This document shows positions 1-13,055 of a stretch of DNA of 64,000 bases, in pieces. Numbering within the stretch: position 1 is the first letter of the stretch; the number at the start of each line of letters is the position of its first letter. The stretch is from positions 7,998,001 through 8,062,000 of the forward strand of contig OX597835.1 of the NCBI GenBank assembly GCA_951406725.2. The letters are read 5' to 3'. Source of the stretch: Octopus vulgaris (taxonomy: Eukaryota). The position numbers were made by a program, and so were the translations under genes. Under the pieces are notes generated by a model. That model saw only the letters and a list, made by a program, of their open reading frames with translations. It searched no databases and was not told the origin of the DNA.

Positions 1-205
1 TCTACATATCCGGGTTTGCTTTATCGCGTCTTCCAGGCCACATTCCAAGACATCCTGGCACTTGAGACTTTACTCCAGTCGTTAAAAACCCTCTTTTGAC
101 ACTTGTTATCATCTTTTATGCTTGTATGTATTTAATCGAGACTGCATTCGGACTTGCAGGTTTCCCCCGCTTATTTTTCACTGAGATTTTAGTCTTTATT
201 ACAGA

Positions 206-600
206 CAAGCAGTATCGCCCGGCGTTGCTCGGGTTTGTAAGGGAAATAACTATATAAGCATTTTTAGAGATGTAAAGTATAATAGCCATCTCAATATGGC
301 TAACCACAAAGGAGGGGTGTTACTGTAGCTTTTTACGTTCTGAGATTTAATAATAAATTTTTAGAGAGTTACTTCCCTTATATATGCCAAAAATGCATTA
401 AAATGGGAAAAATTGATGGTAATTTTTTTTTTAAATCGTAGACTCATCGTAGACGCGCGCTAATACCCAGATGGGCTCGATATGAATCACGACTATAAGA
501 TACCCGGTTTTGGTTAAACTGCACCACAGAATGTGGGAGTAGTTAGGAATCTAAATCGTAGGAGACAGACATCACACAACCTCACTTTCATATATAAAGA
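206..600 (-). mobile_element. Non-autonomous Helitron
   Basis: Minus strand begins A|TCTTTATATATGAAA and ends with the hairpin CCCGAGCAACGCCGGGCG followed by CTTG|T. Both termini are shared with the copy at 49230-49748. Confidence 0.75.
271..357 (+). mobile_element. Short copy of an unclassified interspersed element nested in the Helitron
   Basis: Flanked by a 10-bp duplication TTTTTAGAGA (261-270, 358-367). Ends match copies at 47260 and 56563; the left end also matches 23897. Confidence 0.7.
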
Positions 601-1234
601 TTTAAAGAGTTAATATTTGTTGTGGCGCTGGGCTACAGTTTGTAAAGAGACAGAGTTTCGTGGGTTTCGCTCATCAGATAAACTGTTTCTGACTGTTAGC
701 TTATCATGTTTGTTAGACACTAATAGAATTGTGCACTCTTTGACAAAACTGGATATAAAAAGGAAGCAAACGATATAGAAAAAAATATATTTAAGAATAA
801 TTTATAAAAATAATCTATACAAATTGATACGAATTTCATTGCGCGTGACGTGTGGCTTCCTGGTTTAGAGACTCATCCACCACACAGGATCAATCACACG
901 GGATCTATGCTATTTTGGGTCACTTGCCTGCGGCGCAAGTTTGCTCCATTGTATAACACTTTTAGTTCTTTCTCGAAATATGAACTAAGAAGTATAACAA
1001 TGAAAGTCAAAATTTTGGTTAAAGAATTATATTAACCCTATTCAGAATGAGAAGCGGTGAGAATAATTAACCTTTTTTGATCTTTAACTATTAAAGTTTC
1101 ACAGTAAAGCACTCTTCATGTTGGTTCGAGGTGTGATGGTTCTAATTAACCGCTTTGTTGTGGATGAAATCCTTTCCCTAAAGACGAAATCCGAACGAAA
1201 TCCATCAAATGTAAGGCGTTAGTCAGTTTCCTGA

Positions 1235-1406
1235 CGGATTAAGTCGATTATATCGATCCCAGTGAGTAACTGGTACTTATTTAATCGACCCCGAAAGGAT
1301 GAAAGGCAAAGTCGACCTCGGCGGAATTTGAACTCAGAACGTAGCGGCAGACGAAATACAGCTACGCATTTCGGCCGGTGTGCTAACGTTTCTGCCAGCT
1401 CGCCGC
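1235..1406 (-). mobile_element. tRNA-derived SINE family C (Meta/MESC-like core), 3'-incomplete
   Basis: Sense strand has head GGCGGCGAGCTGGCAGAAACGTTAGC, B-box GAGTTCAAATTCC and core GTCGACTTTGCCTTTCATCCTTTCGGGGTCGAT. Confidence 0.8.
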
Positions 1407-1407
1407 C

Positions 1408-1876
1408 CTGGTCAAACAATGTATACCGTTTCGTAAACAATAGAGAGCGCTCAACCAACATTTTCTCTTCGGCCAAACCTTGATGAACTTCTTCAAGTTT
1501 CACGTAAGGGTAGAGAGGTAAGTGTTGTCTTCTAGTAGGTGTGCCGAAAGGTAGATGAAAGTGGCGAGAATGGTACGAGTGAACGGGCCTGCCTTGAGCT
1601 GGAATGAGGAAAGGAAACGAAAAAAAAAAAAGCACCTGCCTCAAAAGCCAGGGTTTTTATGGGGCTTTTATAGGGTTTTTCCATGAGCAGCCCTCGAACG
1701 TCTCTTCCATATTGAGGATTATGCATCGTTGACCCTTATTATTTTTTTTATAATTCTATTAGTCTTGTTTACACGCAAAAGCCTCACAACTACACACACA
1801 CAAACATTTTTTTTTTTGCTTTGTCCTGTGCTGTCCATAATGTTTTTCTTCATGTAAACCCGTGATTAATAAAGAA
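1408..1876 (+). mobile_element. Tx1-clade LINE 3' end (ATT-associated subfamily), degenerate
   Basis: Translates to fragments GQTLMNFFKFH..VRVER..KVARMVRVNG, homologous to the ORF2 end at 44860-45020. Ends AATAAAGAA followed by (ATT)n at 1877-1946. Confidence 0.75.
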
Positions 1877-1886
1877 ATTATTATTA

Positions 1887-1946
<60 letters not shown>

Positions 1947-2374
1947 GGGTGATGACGACTTTAACCATACCATCGGATTCAAGTGGAAAATATTTTAATA
2001 ATCTGCCAAAGAACTGCACCAGACCCAGCCGACCCTTCAATACTTATGAGACTCCAACCGTGGACAATTCTTCATGAAAATTCAGTTGAGAATTCTTGGA
2101 TGTGAAGAGATATTCTACATTTTGGTATCCTGAAGAATTGTGCGTGGGCGGGAAGAGGCGACAAAAACCTGGAAATACAGATGCCTGCAGGCAGATATGG
2201 CAGATATATACATAATGTCTGACATATATACACAATAAAAGCTTGTATACTCTACATGTTTATATATATGTTGGCGTACATGTATATACATTCATGCATA
2301 CATACATACATACATACATACATACATACATACACACACACATATATATACATACATATATACATAGATACATA

Positions 2375-2451
<77 letters not shown>

Positions 2452-2455
<4 letters not shown>

Positions 2456-3010
2456 GGAAAGTTTACGAAAATAAACAAAAGACGAAGGCAGGTGGAGTAC
2501 AAACAAACAATGTATTAGTATAGCGCCCAGGAATAGAAAAAGTCTTTTACGTTTCGAGCCTACGCTCTTCGACAGAAAGATATACAGAAAAAAATAAGGA
2601 GAGAAAAAAAATGCGTGTAGGAGCTAACGATCTATCATGGCGTCCTGACCTCGGACAGTGGTCAGACGCGAGAGGGACAGTAGGGGAGATAACAGGGTCA
2701 AGTGACTTCCAATACGAAGGTGCCCCCAACACAAAGGTGCACTGTACTTTGGCCCTAAAAAATGTTTCTGGAACCCAACATATATATATAAATGTACGCT
2801 CTGGCGTACGGGTACTCTTGACTGAGCATGAGCCAAATAGCTCGAAACAGTTAGTCTCGCGATCCTTATACCTGAAAGAGGATGGTAGGGGTTTGGTGTC
2901 CTTGCCAACAATATATTGTGAATAAAGGGTGCAGAGTCGCACCGATAACCAGCTGGCGGAGAATATGCCTAGGGTTAAACAAGCAGTAACACGAAACAAC
3001 CACTTTCATG
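2452..3010 (-). mobile_element. Penelope-like element terminus with possible degenerate GIY-YIG remnant
   Basis: Minus strand has CTGTCGAAGAGCGTAGGCTCGAAACG (hammerhead-like pLTR motif), homologous to 23400-23600. Flanked by (TA)n. The LCTLYSQYIVGK segment only weakly resembles GIY-YIG. Confidence 0.6.
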
Positions 3011-3029
3011 TGGCGACTCACTTTACTTT

Positions 3030-3122
<93 letters not shown>

Positions 3123-3227
3123 GTATATATATGTATATAATGTCTAATAAACACACACACGCACTCACATCTGTAATAGAAGAAAATCTGTTATAGGCTC
3201 CCGGAAATTCTTCTATTTTCCTATACC

Positions 3228-3230
3228 AGC

Positions 3231-3319
<89 letters not shown>

Positions 3320-3380
3320 AAGTTGCAGTTGTCGTAGTAGATGATACAGAAGTAGAAGAAGAAGAAGAAGAAGAAGAAGT
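3228..3380. repeat. Compound microsatellite (CAG)n(TAG)n(GAA)n
   Basis: Directly visible. Confidence 0.95.
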
Positions 3381-3729
3381 AGAAAAAATGCGAAGGAAGA
3401 ATGAAAAGAGGAAGAGGAAGGAGAGGAGGAGGAGGTGGGATGTATAAAAATGTTTGTGTGAGTTGCTTCATCAGTTGCTGCTGGTGTTGTTAGACTTTAA
3501 AAAAAAAGACGGTTTTATTGTATGTGTGAGAGTATTTAAGGTATTTCCTACATTTCAGAATTAGGAGCAGCCCATCACTTCTCTTCTCCTCAATTATAAT
3601 GAGCATTCGCCTCCAACCCCACCTCCAATCCAACGCATATCTGGTGGTCCCACTCACACACCCCATGTCATTCTTAACTTGTCTGCACTCCAAACTCAAG
3701 TACAGACTGGAATTTTTGAATAACTTACG

Positions 3730-4068
<339 letters not shown>

Positions 4069-4069
<1 letters not shown>

Positions 4070-4245
4070 TTTTTCCTTCTTTCTTCAAATTTTCTTCCGT
4101 TTCTCGCCGAGAGTTTTCCATACACCTAGGGCAGAGAAGCACATTGTATGCATTCCCAGATTACAGACGCAAACTCACAGATAAAATATGTATTTAAAAA
4201 GAAATAAATAAATAAATTCATGGATGGATGTTGTTTTCACAGTGA
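4069..4245 (-). mobile_element. LINE 3' end embedded in (AAT)n, probably R4/Dong-like
   Basis: Sense end CTGCCCTAGGTGTATGGAAAACTCTCGGCGAGAAACGGAAGAAAATTTGAAG matches 50851-50913. (AAT)n lies on both sides. Confidence 0.5.
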
Positions 4246-4263
4246 TATTATTATTATTATTAA

Positions 4264-4318
<55 letters not shown>

Positions 4319-4319
<1 letters not shown>

Positions 4320-4500
4320 TATGTTTGACTTTTGCTTTATATTTGTACAAGTTGGCTCCAAGTCTCACCCAGAGACCTCAAGAGCCAACAGGTTGGAAGT
4401 TCATGTTGTTGTTATGCCTACTGTGCCATATATTTTTTTTTTGGGGGGTGAGTTTTTGGTGTTGTACTAATGAATGTGTAAAAAAAAAAATTTTTTTAAT
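4319..4500 (-). mobile_element. Second LINE-like 3' end embedded in (AAT)n, probably R4/Dong-like
   Basis: Sense strand GAGGTCTCTGGGTGAGACTTGGAG...GTCAAACATAG runs into (AAT)n, with (ATT)n arrays on both flanks. Clade assignment is from memory only. Confidence 0.4.
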
Positions 4501-4509
4501 TAAAAAAAA

Positions 4510-4580
<71 letters not shown>

Positions 4581-4796
4581 TGTTGTTGTTGTTTATGGCA
4601 AGGACGTGCGCTCCGTGAGTTATCCACTAATTTCCATTGTTATAAGTCTATTTCTGTTGCCTGTTTGTTGAATAGTGTGTCGATATTTTGAGCAGACCAT
4701 GAGGGTCTGTGCAAAAGTTAATAACATCTGTTCTAAAGGGAGGTATTTCGAAAGGGAAGTTTTTTTTCTTTTCCAAAAGTTGTTTAAAATTTCACA

Positions 4797-5290
4797 ATGG
4801 CGGAGTCTTCTTCGTCAAACAAAGACGAGAGGTTGGTGAGAGGTAGATTTGAAGGCGAAATTGACTTTCCCAGTCAATCTTCAACAAACATACGAAAACG
4901 TAGTACCACCAACACCACCTCCACCAGCAGCGGATACACTGAGGATAAGGATAACTTATAAGATAATAGGAGTTAAAGGTCGTAGATTAGAACGAGTGAC
5001 AAATCGAAAAATGTTTAAGTCTAGTGTGGGGACACCAAAACCTACGTTGCAAAAGAGACGAGATATGGCACTGTAGAGGTGAAAATTTCCTCAAAGGAAG
5101 AGGCAAAGAAGCACTGTACTTTGGCCATAAAAAAATGTTTCTGGGACCCATATACCTGGAACGTAGAAGGGGGAAAATAAAAATTGCAGATATATCATAA
5201 GAAAGAGAGATCTGATGGTTGATGACAGCTGACATAGAGGACAAAACAGATATTCTACAGGTGAGGAAACTGCACGAACACACCTATTTG
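4797..5290 (+). pseudogene. Probable Tx1/L1-type ORF1 relic
   Basis: Frameshifted translation ...RYGTVEVKISSKEEAKKHCTLAIK..FLGPIYLERRRGKIKIADIS resembles RRM-like LINE ORF1. Recognition is tentative. Confidence 0.4.
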
Positions 5291-5419
5291 GAATAAAACC
5301 TAATTCTGCTAATATGTAATTAATTTGATTCGTTCGAAGAAATGAATAATCATCGCCGAAAACGACGATGATCCATTTTCATATATTTTTGCATCTGTTT
5401 CTCTACGAAAGAGAAAGGG

Positions 5420-5527
5420 AAAGAGAGAGAGAGAGAGAGGAGGGTAAGAGAGAAGGGAGAGGTAAAAGAGAGAGGAGAGAGGTAAGAGAGAGAGAGAGAG
5501 GGGAGAGGTAAGAGAGAGAGGGGAGAG

Positions 5528-5603
<76 letters not shown>
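5420..5603. repeat. (GA)n-rich polypurine tract
   Basis: Directly visible. Confidence 0.95.
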
Positions 5604-5605
<2 letters not shown>

Positions 5606-5959
5606 AAGCGTGATATACAGTCCCTGCTCCCTCTCTATTCGTTTGAGTAGGTGTGTTTTGTAAATGTATTAAATTTAGCCTACATTTTTATAACCTCAAT
5701 TTATCCCTTTCTTTATCCACAATTTCTCGAGCCCCTCCATCCATCTTCCCTCTCTTCGTTGGTGTTATAATAGTAACAACAACAACAACAACACCAACAA
5801 CAACCACCCTATTATAATTATTATCATTACTGTTATATACTTTTACATAATAGACGTCTATTCTTCTCGGTTTAGGCGTCTCAGAGGAATTTCACTCAAA
5901 GAAAAAACGTGTGGAATAAAGAGAGGAATCTTGCTTGAAATAAAAAGCTATGCGTGTGA

Positions 5960-6006
5960 GTGTATGTATGTATGTATATATGTATGCATGTGTGCATGCA
6001 CGTATG

Positions 6007-6038
<32 letters not shown>

Positions 6039-6096
6039 TGTATGTATGTATGTATGTATGTATGTATATATGTATGCATGTGTGCATGCACGTATG

Positions 6097-6128
<32 letters not shown>

Positions 6129-6290
6129 TGTATGTATGTATGTGTGTATGTATGTATGTATGCATGCATGTATGTATGTATGTATGTATGTATGTATGTA
6201 TGTATGTATGTATGTATGCATGCATGTATGTATCCATGTTTTTGTGTATGTATGTATATATGTATGTATGCATGTATGTGTGTATGCATT
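5960..6290. repeat. (TATG)n microsatellite with an internal duplicated variant block
   Basis: Directly visible; GCATGTGTGCATGCACG occurs twice. Confidence 0.9.
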
Positions 6291-6309
6291 ATGTGTGCGT
6301 TAAATAATG

Positions 6310-6537
6310 TGTGGTAACTACAGAGGTATTGCTCTACTATCACCTGCTGCAAGGTTCTGGCAAATATTCTTTTTGCCCGCCTGAATGGGTGTCTCTTAAA
6401 TGATGTCCTGCCTGAATCTCAATGTGGGTTCCAGTCTGGTAGAGGGACAATGGATATGATTTTGAGAGCGAGACAGATGCAGCTGAAGTACTATGAGCAG
6501 AATATGAATCTTGTTCGGATATTCATTGATTTAACCT
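6310..6537 (+). pseudogene. RTE-clade (BovB-like) reverse transcriptase fragment
   Basis: GNYRGIALLS..KVLANILFARL..VLPESQCGFQSGRGTMDMILRARQMQLKYYEQNMNLVRIFIDLT matches the canonical RTE RT N-terminal motifs, with a frameshift. Confidence 0.88.
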
Positions 6538-6560
6538 CTCTACATCTTGCAAATGATGTA

Positions 6561-6843
6561 TCGACCTCGGCAGAATTTGAACTTAAAACGTAGCGGCAGA
6601 CGAAATATTTATTTCTTTACTACCCAGAAGGGGCTAAACACAGAGAGGACGAACAAGGACAGACAAAGGGATTAAGTCGATTACATCGACCCCAGTGCGC
6701 AACTGGTACTTAATTTATCGACCCCGAAAGGATGAAAGGCAAAGTCGACCTCGGCGGAAATTGAACTCAGAACCTAGCGGCAGACGAAATACTGCTAAGC
6801 AGTTCGCACGACGTGCTGACGATTCTGCCAGCTCACCGCCTTA
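6561..6843 (-). mobile_element. SINE family C with Tx1-like tail, followed by a repeated body segment
   Basis: Full head-core-tail copy at 6843-6609. Segment 6608-6561 restarts at ATTTCGTCTGCCGCTACG. Confidence 0.85.
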
Positions 6844-7944
6844 ACAACAACAACAACAACAGCATTAATAACAACAAATAAATTTGTTGTCAAGTATAAA
6901 CCGGCCGTTACTGACGATTGAGAATGGCTTGGGAACATGTACCGTCCTTTTGCTAATTGCTTTCGGCGCCCGTGTAATTACGATTGGATTAAGACACACA
7001 TCGGAACATCGATGATATATCAGGTGGAAGAAAGAGCTGTGCAAACACTCGTCTCCAGAACTCGTTACAGCTGAAGGGACATAAAAATCAACGTGAAGTG
7101 ATGTGCCTGGGTCAAGTATATAATGCATCGGTGAATTGAACTCGCGGCTTTATGATCAACCACTCGCCTTTACAGTACACTAATAGTAATACCATTAGTA
7201 ACAAGTTTATTAATACGAGGAACGTCACCATCAATATTTCCTTACAGCTTCATCATCATCATCATCTTCATCATCATCATCATCATCATCTTCATCATCA
7301 TCATCATCATCACCAACAGTATCACAACGACAACGACAATCACTGCAAAGCAATAAGATTAATTAAACGATATTTTTTCTCATCGTCTAATTGAACGACT
7401 TAAAAGGAGCGTTATTAAATCAAGTCACACGCCTACACCCTCCTCTCTCTCTCTCTCCCCCCTCTCTCTCTCTCTTGCTTTCCACTGCAAACATCTATCA
7501 CGCACATACCTCCCTTCACATAACACCACTACCACCAACACGATCCCGGCAACCATTACCACCATCACCTCCACCTCCACAACAACACCTCACAAATGAC
7601 ATCTCAATTCCAAGTAACCGCTTCAAACAATTCTAGATTCTAATTTGTTAATTGTGACCTGCATTAAATACTTTCTGTAAAAGTTATAGACATTAGTGAC
7701 CGCCAGATTTGCCGAATCCTTTGCCAAGACTCACAAAAGACCCCCGACAATTTGACTAACGGTGGCAGCAACGCAATAAAAGAAGACATTTGTATTTGAT
7801 GGTTGAATAAAATCAGTAAGTTTTGTATCGAATACTCCGATTTACCCTTCATTGTTCCCTCCCACCTCACCCTGGGAAAAAATTTTCTCATTAACATTTT
7901 TCATTCCTCTTTCTTGTTTCCTATTTTTGTTATGATTCCACCTT

Positions 7945-9125
7945 CATTTTGCTGGATGTGACAGGCAGCGAAAGACATACCTTCAGGCTAGTTACCCTCT
8001 ATGCTTCGACAAGGGCAGGACCACCAGATTACTTCAGCCGTTTGGAAAACTTCCTGAGAACATCCAGCTCTCTAGTGTTAGTGACGGATTGGAATGGAGT
8101 TTTAGATATAAGGTGGGACGATGTAGGTTTGACAGGTAGGAGAGGAGCGTGCAAAAGCCTCGCAAAACTGCTCAGACGACTTCAACTTTCTGACAGGTAT
8201 CGACTAGATTTCTCAGATGTGCCAGAGCGGACTTCTGTTGTCGTCAAAGTAAATGGTCAAAGTATCGGAATCGTTTAGCATCACACGTTCGGTCTGCAAA
8301 GGATGCCCACTCTCGTCCTTTCTGTACGTGCAGACCCTAGACTCATTGCTAATGAAGTTGGATGATTTCAGGGGCGTCCCACGTAAATAGCAGTGACCGG
8401 CATTATCCTAAGGGAATACGAATCGGTGACAGGAGCAAAGATTAAGTAAGGGCGAGGCACCTGACAGCTAGAGTGTCGTTAGGCGCTCACAGTCCTCTGT
8501 CAGTCGGGTAATGCGGTTGGTGGAAGTTTCACTTAGATATTCTATAGAGGTTTGGTGTCGGGCAAGTGCGTCGACGTTCTTGGAGAGGCTCTGGGCGTCG
8601 ATGAGAATGAGCTGACAAGTCTATGCCAAAGGACTTTCCAGCCAGGGTCCAGGGATAATTTCCAGAAATCCCTGGTCTCGAGGAGTATTACCGGTTCAGG
8701 ATAAACTCAACAGGCATGGGGGTGCCGTCAGCCGGGTTTTGCTAAAGGCGCGCGCAGAGTGACGAAAATGTTGAGCGCGCTTCGTCCAGTGCCCGAACAT
8801 TGCTGTCGAACATTTGCTGTCGTGTGTAGGTCGGATCCAGCATTCGGCTGAGTCCATTGAAAAGTTCGCTCCATCGCCAATCTTTGGCCGTGAAGAACAG
8901 GTAGTGTTTATTTGTCTGTTGGCTTTAATGAAAGAGGTTGAGTGGTGGACCCGGTTGAAATGGTGGACCCGGTTGATAGACGCTTTCCGCTTTGGCGAAA
9001 CCCTCATCAACATTTTCAAGTTTCATCTGGAAAGGAAAGTGAAGTGAGAGAGGAAAGTGTTGCTGCCCAACAATTTTGTTGTAGCAAGAATGGTCCGAGT
9101 GAACGGGTCGACTCTAAGCATATGC
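7945..9125 (+). pseudogene. Tx1-clade LINE ORF2 relic with multiple internal deletions
   Basis: Domains in order: APE endonuclease (LVLVTDWNGVLD..LSDRYR), RT (KVNG..FSITRSV.KGCPLS.FLYV; EYESVTGAKI) and C-terminus (FICLLALMKEVEWWTRLK..INIFKFHLERKVK). Confidence 0.85.
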
Positions 9126-9133
9126 CTTGTGGA

Positions 9134-9203
9134 AGCGCCTTTCTTAGTGGTTAGAATGTTAGACTCATGATCGTAAGATTGTGGTTTCGATTCCTGCACT
9201 GGG
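9134..9203 (+). mobile_element. tRNA-like SINE head fragment
   Basis: A-box-like TAGTGGTTAG and B-box-like GGTTTCGATTCC. Confidence 0.55.
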
Positions 9204-9302
9204 AATCTGTTTTTACACGCTTCAATCCCACTCTATTTGGATTGTACTGTCCTGTGCCTTTTCCGGTCATTTACATGGACCCCAGTGGTGAATAAAGAAA
9301 AG
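9204..9302 (+). mobile_element. Tx1-type 3' UTR end running into (ATT)n
   Basis: TGTCCTGTGC...GTGAATAAAGAAAAG followed by ATTATT, similar to 1820-1876. Confidence 0.55.
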
Positions 9303-9319
9303 ATTATTATTATTATTAT

Positions 9320-9865
9320 TGAGTGAGAGAGCAGTGCATGCCATAAAAGTGACACTGGGGTAAAATATACGAAGCCCAGTATACCCATCATGACTACCCG
9401 TCTGATAAGGGTACACCAGGCACATGCATCACAACCATATGTGCGCGACATGGTGATCTCATATCAAGATAAACAGCACATGACCTTGCAGGTGGGGCCC
9501 AGTTAGAATTTTCTTCAGGTTAAGTAGCCCATCCCGCTCAAAAGGTCCCTGAATAAGGGTTGTTTAAGGATGTTGAAAGAACCACCCATGTTTCCAGAGG
9601 TGAACTATTCAAACCCCAAAGAATCCCTCTCAACACATGGCCATGATGCTCCCCCACTACTTCTGCTCGTGATCAGAGATGCACATATCGTCAGCCACTA
9701 AGGGACATGCTCAACTGGTTAAGGTCAAACAACTGACAAGCAAATCTGTGGTATTGAGCAGAATATTTGCTGTAGCCCATCTTTTATACCAAGACAAAAC
9801 AATGCACATGATAACACTTCCAATCAGTTAAGATCAGAAGCCATGAGGGCCACTGCCTGGTACTG

Positions 9866-9866
<1 letters not shown>
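9320..9866 (-). mobile_element. About 550-bp non-coding retroposon-like element flanked by (AAT)n (family D1)
   Basis: Highly similar to 14080-14591 and 50914-51337. Sense 3' end is CTCTCACTC(AAT)n, with (TTA)n on both flanks. Confidence 0.85.
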
Positions 9867-9957
<91 letters not shown>

Positions 9958-10031
9958 GATTGTAAGTGTATGTGTGGGGGGAGTTGCGCGTGCGAGTGCG
10001 TTTATTCAGATGACACCTCTTAAAAGACTAA

Positions 10032-10081
<50 letters not shown>

Positions 10082-10129
10082 CTTTAAATTTTGGCTCTAC
10101 CAGTTTTCTTTAGTCGGCGATCTATACGC

Positions 10130-10178
<49 letters not shown>

Positions 10179-10498
10179 CGCACACACAGACGTTTGTAAT
10201 ACTGACATACACACATTACATATCATGTCTTCGCGTTGCCAGGCGTAATAGCTGAAGGATTTTCCTCATTATTTCGCGGATATTAATGTATGACTGGAGA
10301 ACTTCTTAAAACCACCTGAAGAATGTCTTCAAAGATGTGCTGAGCAAACAGCTTGTTGAGAGATTTCTTATTTTAAATTTAATATTAATTTATGCTTATT
10401 GCACACACACAGAGACACAAACACAAATGTACACACACACACACACCATGCATACTATACTTATTTTTCATATATATATATATATATATATATATGCA

Positions 10499-10594
<96 letters not shown>

Positions 10595-10730
10595 TAGAGA
10601 CAAAACCATATATGCAAATACTTATATATAATATATATATATTAGTGTATATATGCATATATATATATATATAATAAATTTCTATATATATATATATATA
10701 TATAATAGTGGTTTTGTCTCTAATAATATA

Positions 10731-10773
<43 letters not shown>

Positions 10774-10801
10774 TATATATATATATATTTATATATATAA
10801 T

Positions 10802-10837
<36 letters not shown>

Positions 10838-11475
10838 CAGGTACATACGCACAGTCACATACTCATGTGTTCGTCTATGTATGTGTGTGTGTGTGTGTGT
10901 GTCTGTGTGGTTGAAGTATAACAAACGCAGCAAGCGTTCCACTTTCAGGAAGCCATAAGCTACACATTCCAGCTGGATGGCCAACAACTGACATCTTCAT
11001 GAACTGTGCTTCTAATTCCTCTTCCGTAATTCAATGCAAATAAATATATGATTTTTCAGCAGGGTTAACAATCGTTATTTTTTGGGGTTGATATTTCCTC
11101 TTTCCGTTTCCTTTCGCTTTTTGCTTCTTTCAAAATTTATCTTGTTTGCCCTGAAGTTTTTTTCGTCTTACACTTGTTGTGTTTAGATGTTGTTTGTTGG
11201 AACAGATTTTGTTTGTTTCACTAACCTTGTTGCTGCTAATGTTTAAATCGGAATTTTCATCTTTAGTCACGCCTAAAACCAGTTCATCTTCTCAACAATA
11301 CCGTTTCCAAAGTAATTAAAAAAAAAAAGAAGCGCATCTGATGCTGCAAACTTCATAGTCATAATTCTGCAAGAGAGAGAGAGAGAGAGGCTCTCAGTTC
11401 CATCCTGTCCTTCTGTCTTTTTGCCTCTCTCCGTATCTCTCTTCACACATACGCGCGTGCACAACACACACACAT

Positions 11476-11536
<61 letters not shown>

Positions 11537-11825
11537 AACAAGCAAACAGACAAACACACAGACAAACAAACAAACACACGCACAAGCATAGCTACATACA
11601 CAAATAATACATAAAAAAAAACAAACAAGATGGTGTGTGAGAAACAAATCGAGAGATACCCTCATAGCAACACACACAGACACACACACACACACACGCA
11701 CACACACACACACACACACATACAAGAACTCACTCCTTTCTCTTTTTATCGCAAGAATTTTACCATTCAGAGATGGTTTTGTCGTATGGTTGTCTTACAA
11801 TACGAAAAGCTCCTATCATGCGAGT

Positions 11826-12102
11826 GATATACATACATACATACATACACACATACAACATGCATGCATACACACATACAACATGCATGCATACACACAT
11901 ACAACATGCATGCATACATACATACATGCATACATACATGCATACATACATACATACATACATACATACATACATACATGCATACATACATACATGCATG
12001 CATGCATACATACATACATACATACATGCATACATGCATACATGCATGCATACATACATACATACATACATACATACATACATACATACATACATACATA
12101 CA
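11826..12102. repeat. (CATA)n/(CATG)n compound microsatellite
   Basis: Directly visible. Confidence 0.92.
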
Positions 12103-12755
12103 TGTCCAGGGCACTGGACATCCTACAGGTGTTACCGTTAGAACACAAAGAGCCTCTGGAGACGACAGAAAAAATCGAGCCCAAAATGAACTTTTTAGCC
12201 AATCCAATGTCCGGGTGGTCATTATTTTTTATCGACTGCGCGAGCATAAAATGTAAATTTCTCCACGGCTGGATTTGAAATCAGAATGCAAGGTTTCTAC
12301 ATCTCGGCCATTTCGCTGCTTCAGTGTATCAGTAATATAAGAGTGTTGATTCCCTATCGATCATTTAACTAAAGCAGTAGATTAAATCAGTGATGACGTC
12401 TAACATTTGAGGTAAAGATCGATATTTCAAATAATAACGCTCAAGCCTTGCTGGATTATTAATCTTCATCTTTCTATTGTCATTCTCCCGCGTGGTTGAG
12501 CGTGTTAAGTGAAAGCTTCCAGCAGACACGAAGTAAACAAACCCACTTTTAACACAGCAACCACCATCCATCACCTCAAGCAACACTCTCTTATTAAACA
12601 TGTTGTTCAATTTGTTGTTCGGTTCCAGTCGTCTTTGTGACATAATTCATAAATTATCACATTATTTGCGTATTCACTTTAACTCTATCTCGCTCTCACT
12701 TCATATATATATGTATGTATATATATAATATATATATATGTATATATATATGTAT

Positions 12756-12786
<31 letters not shown>

Positions 12787-12824
12787 ATATATATCATATA
12801 GATATATATATGTATCTATATATA

Positions 12825-12910
<86 letters not shown>

Positions 12911-13055
12911 TTTACGACCATACTTTAATAAATATATTCTAAAACTTATTTTTTTCGACTTCTCTTCTCAGCCTCGTTTTCAAATAAGAAATTTTCAAAT
13001 ATACTTCTTACTCGTAAGGTTGTACCAATTAACTATTTTATTACCAAACAAGCTT

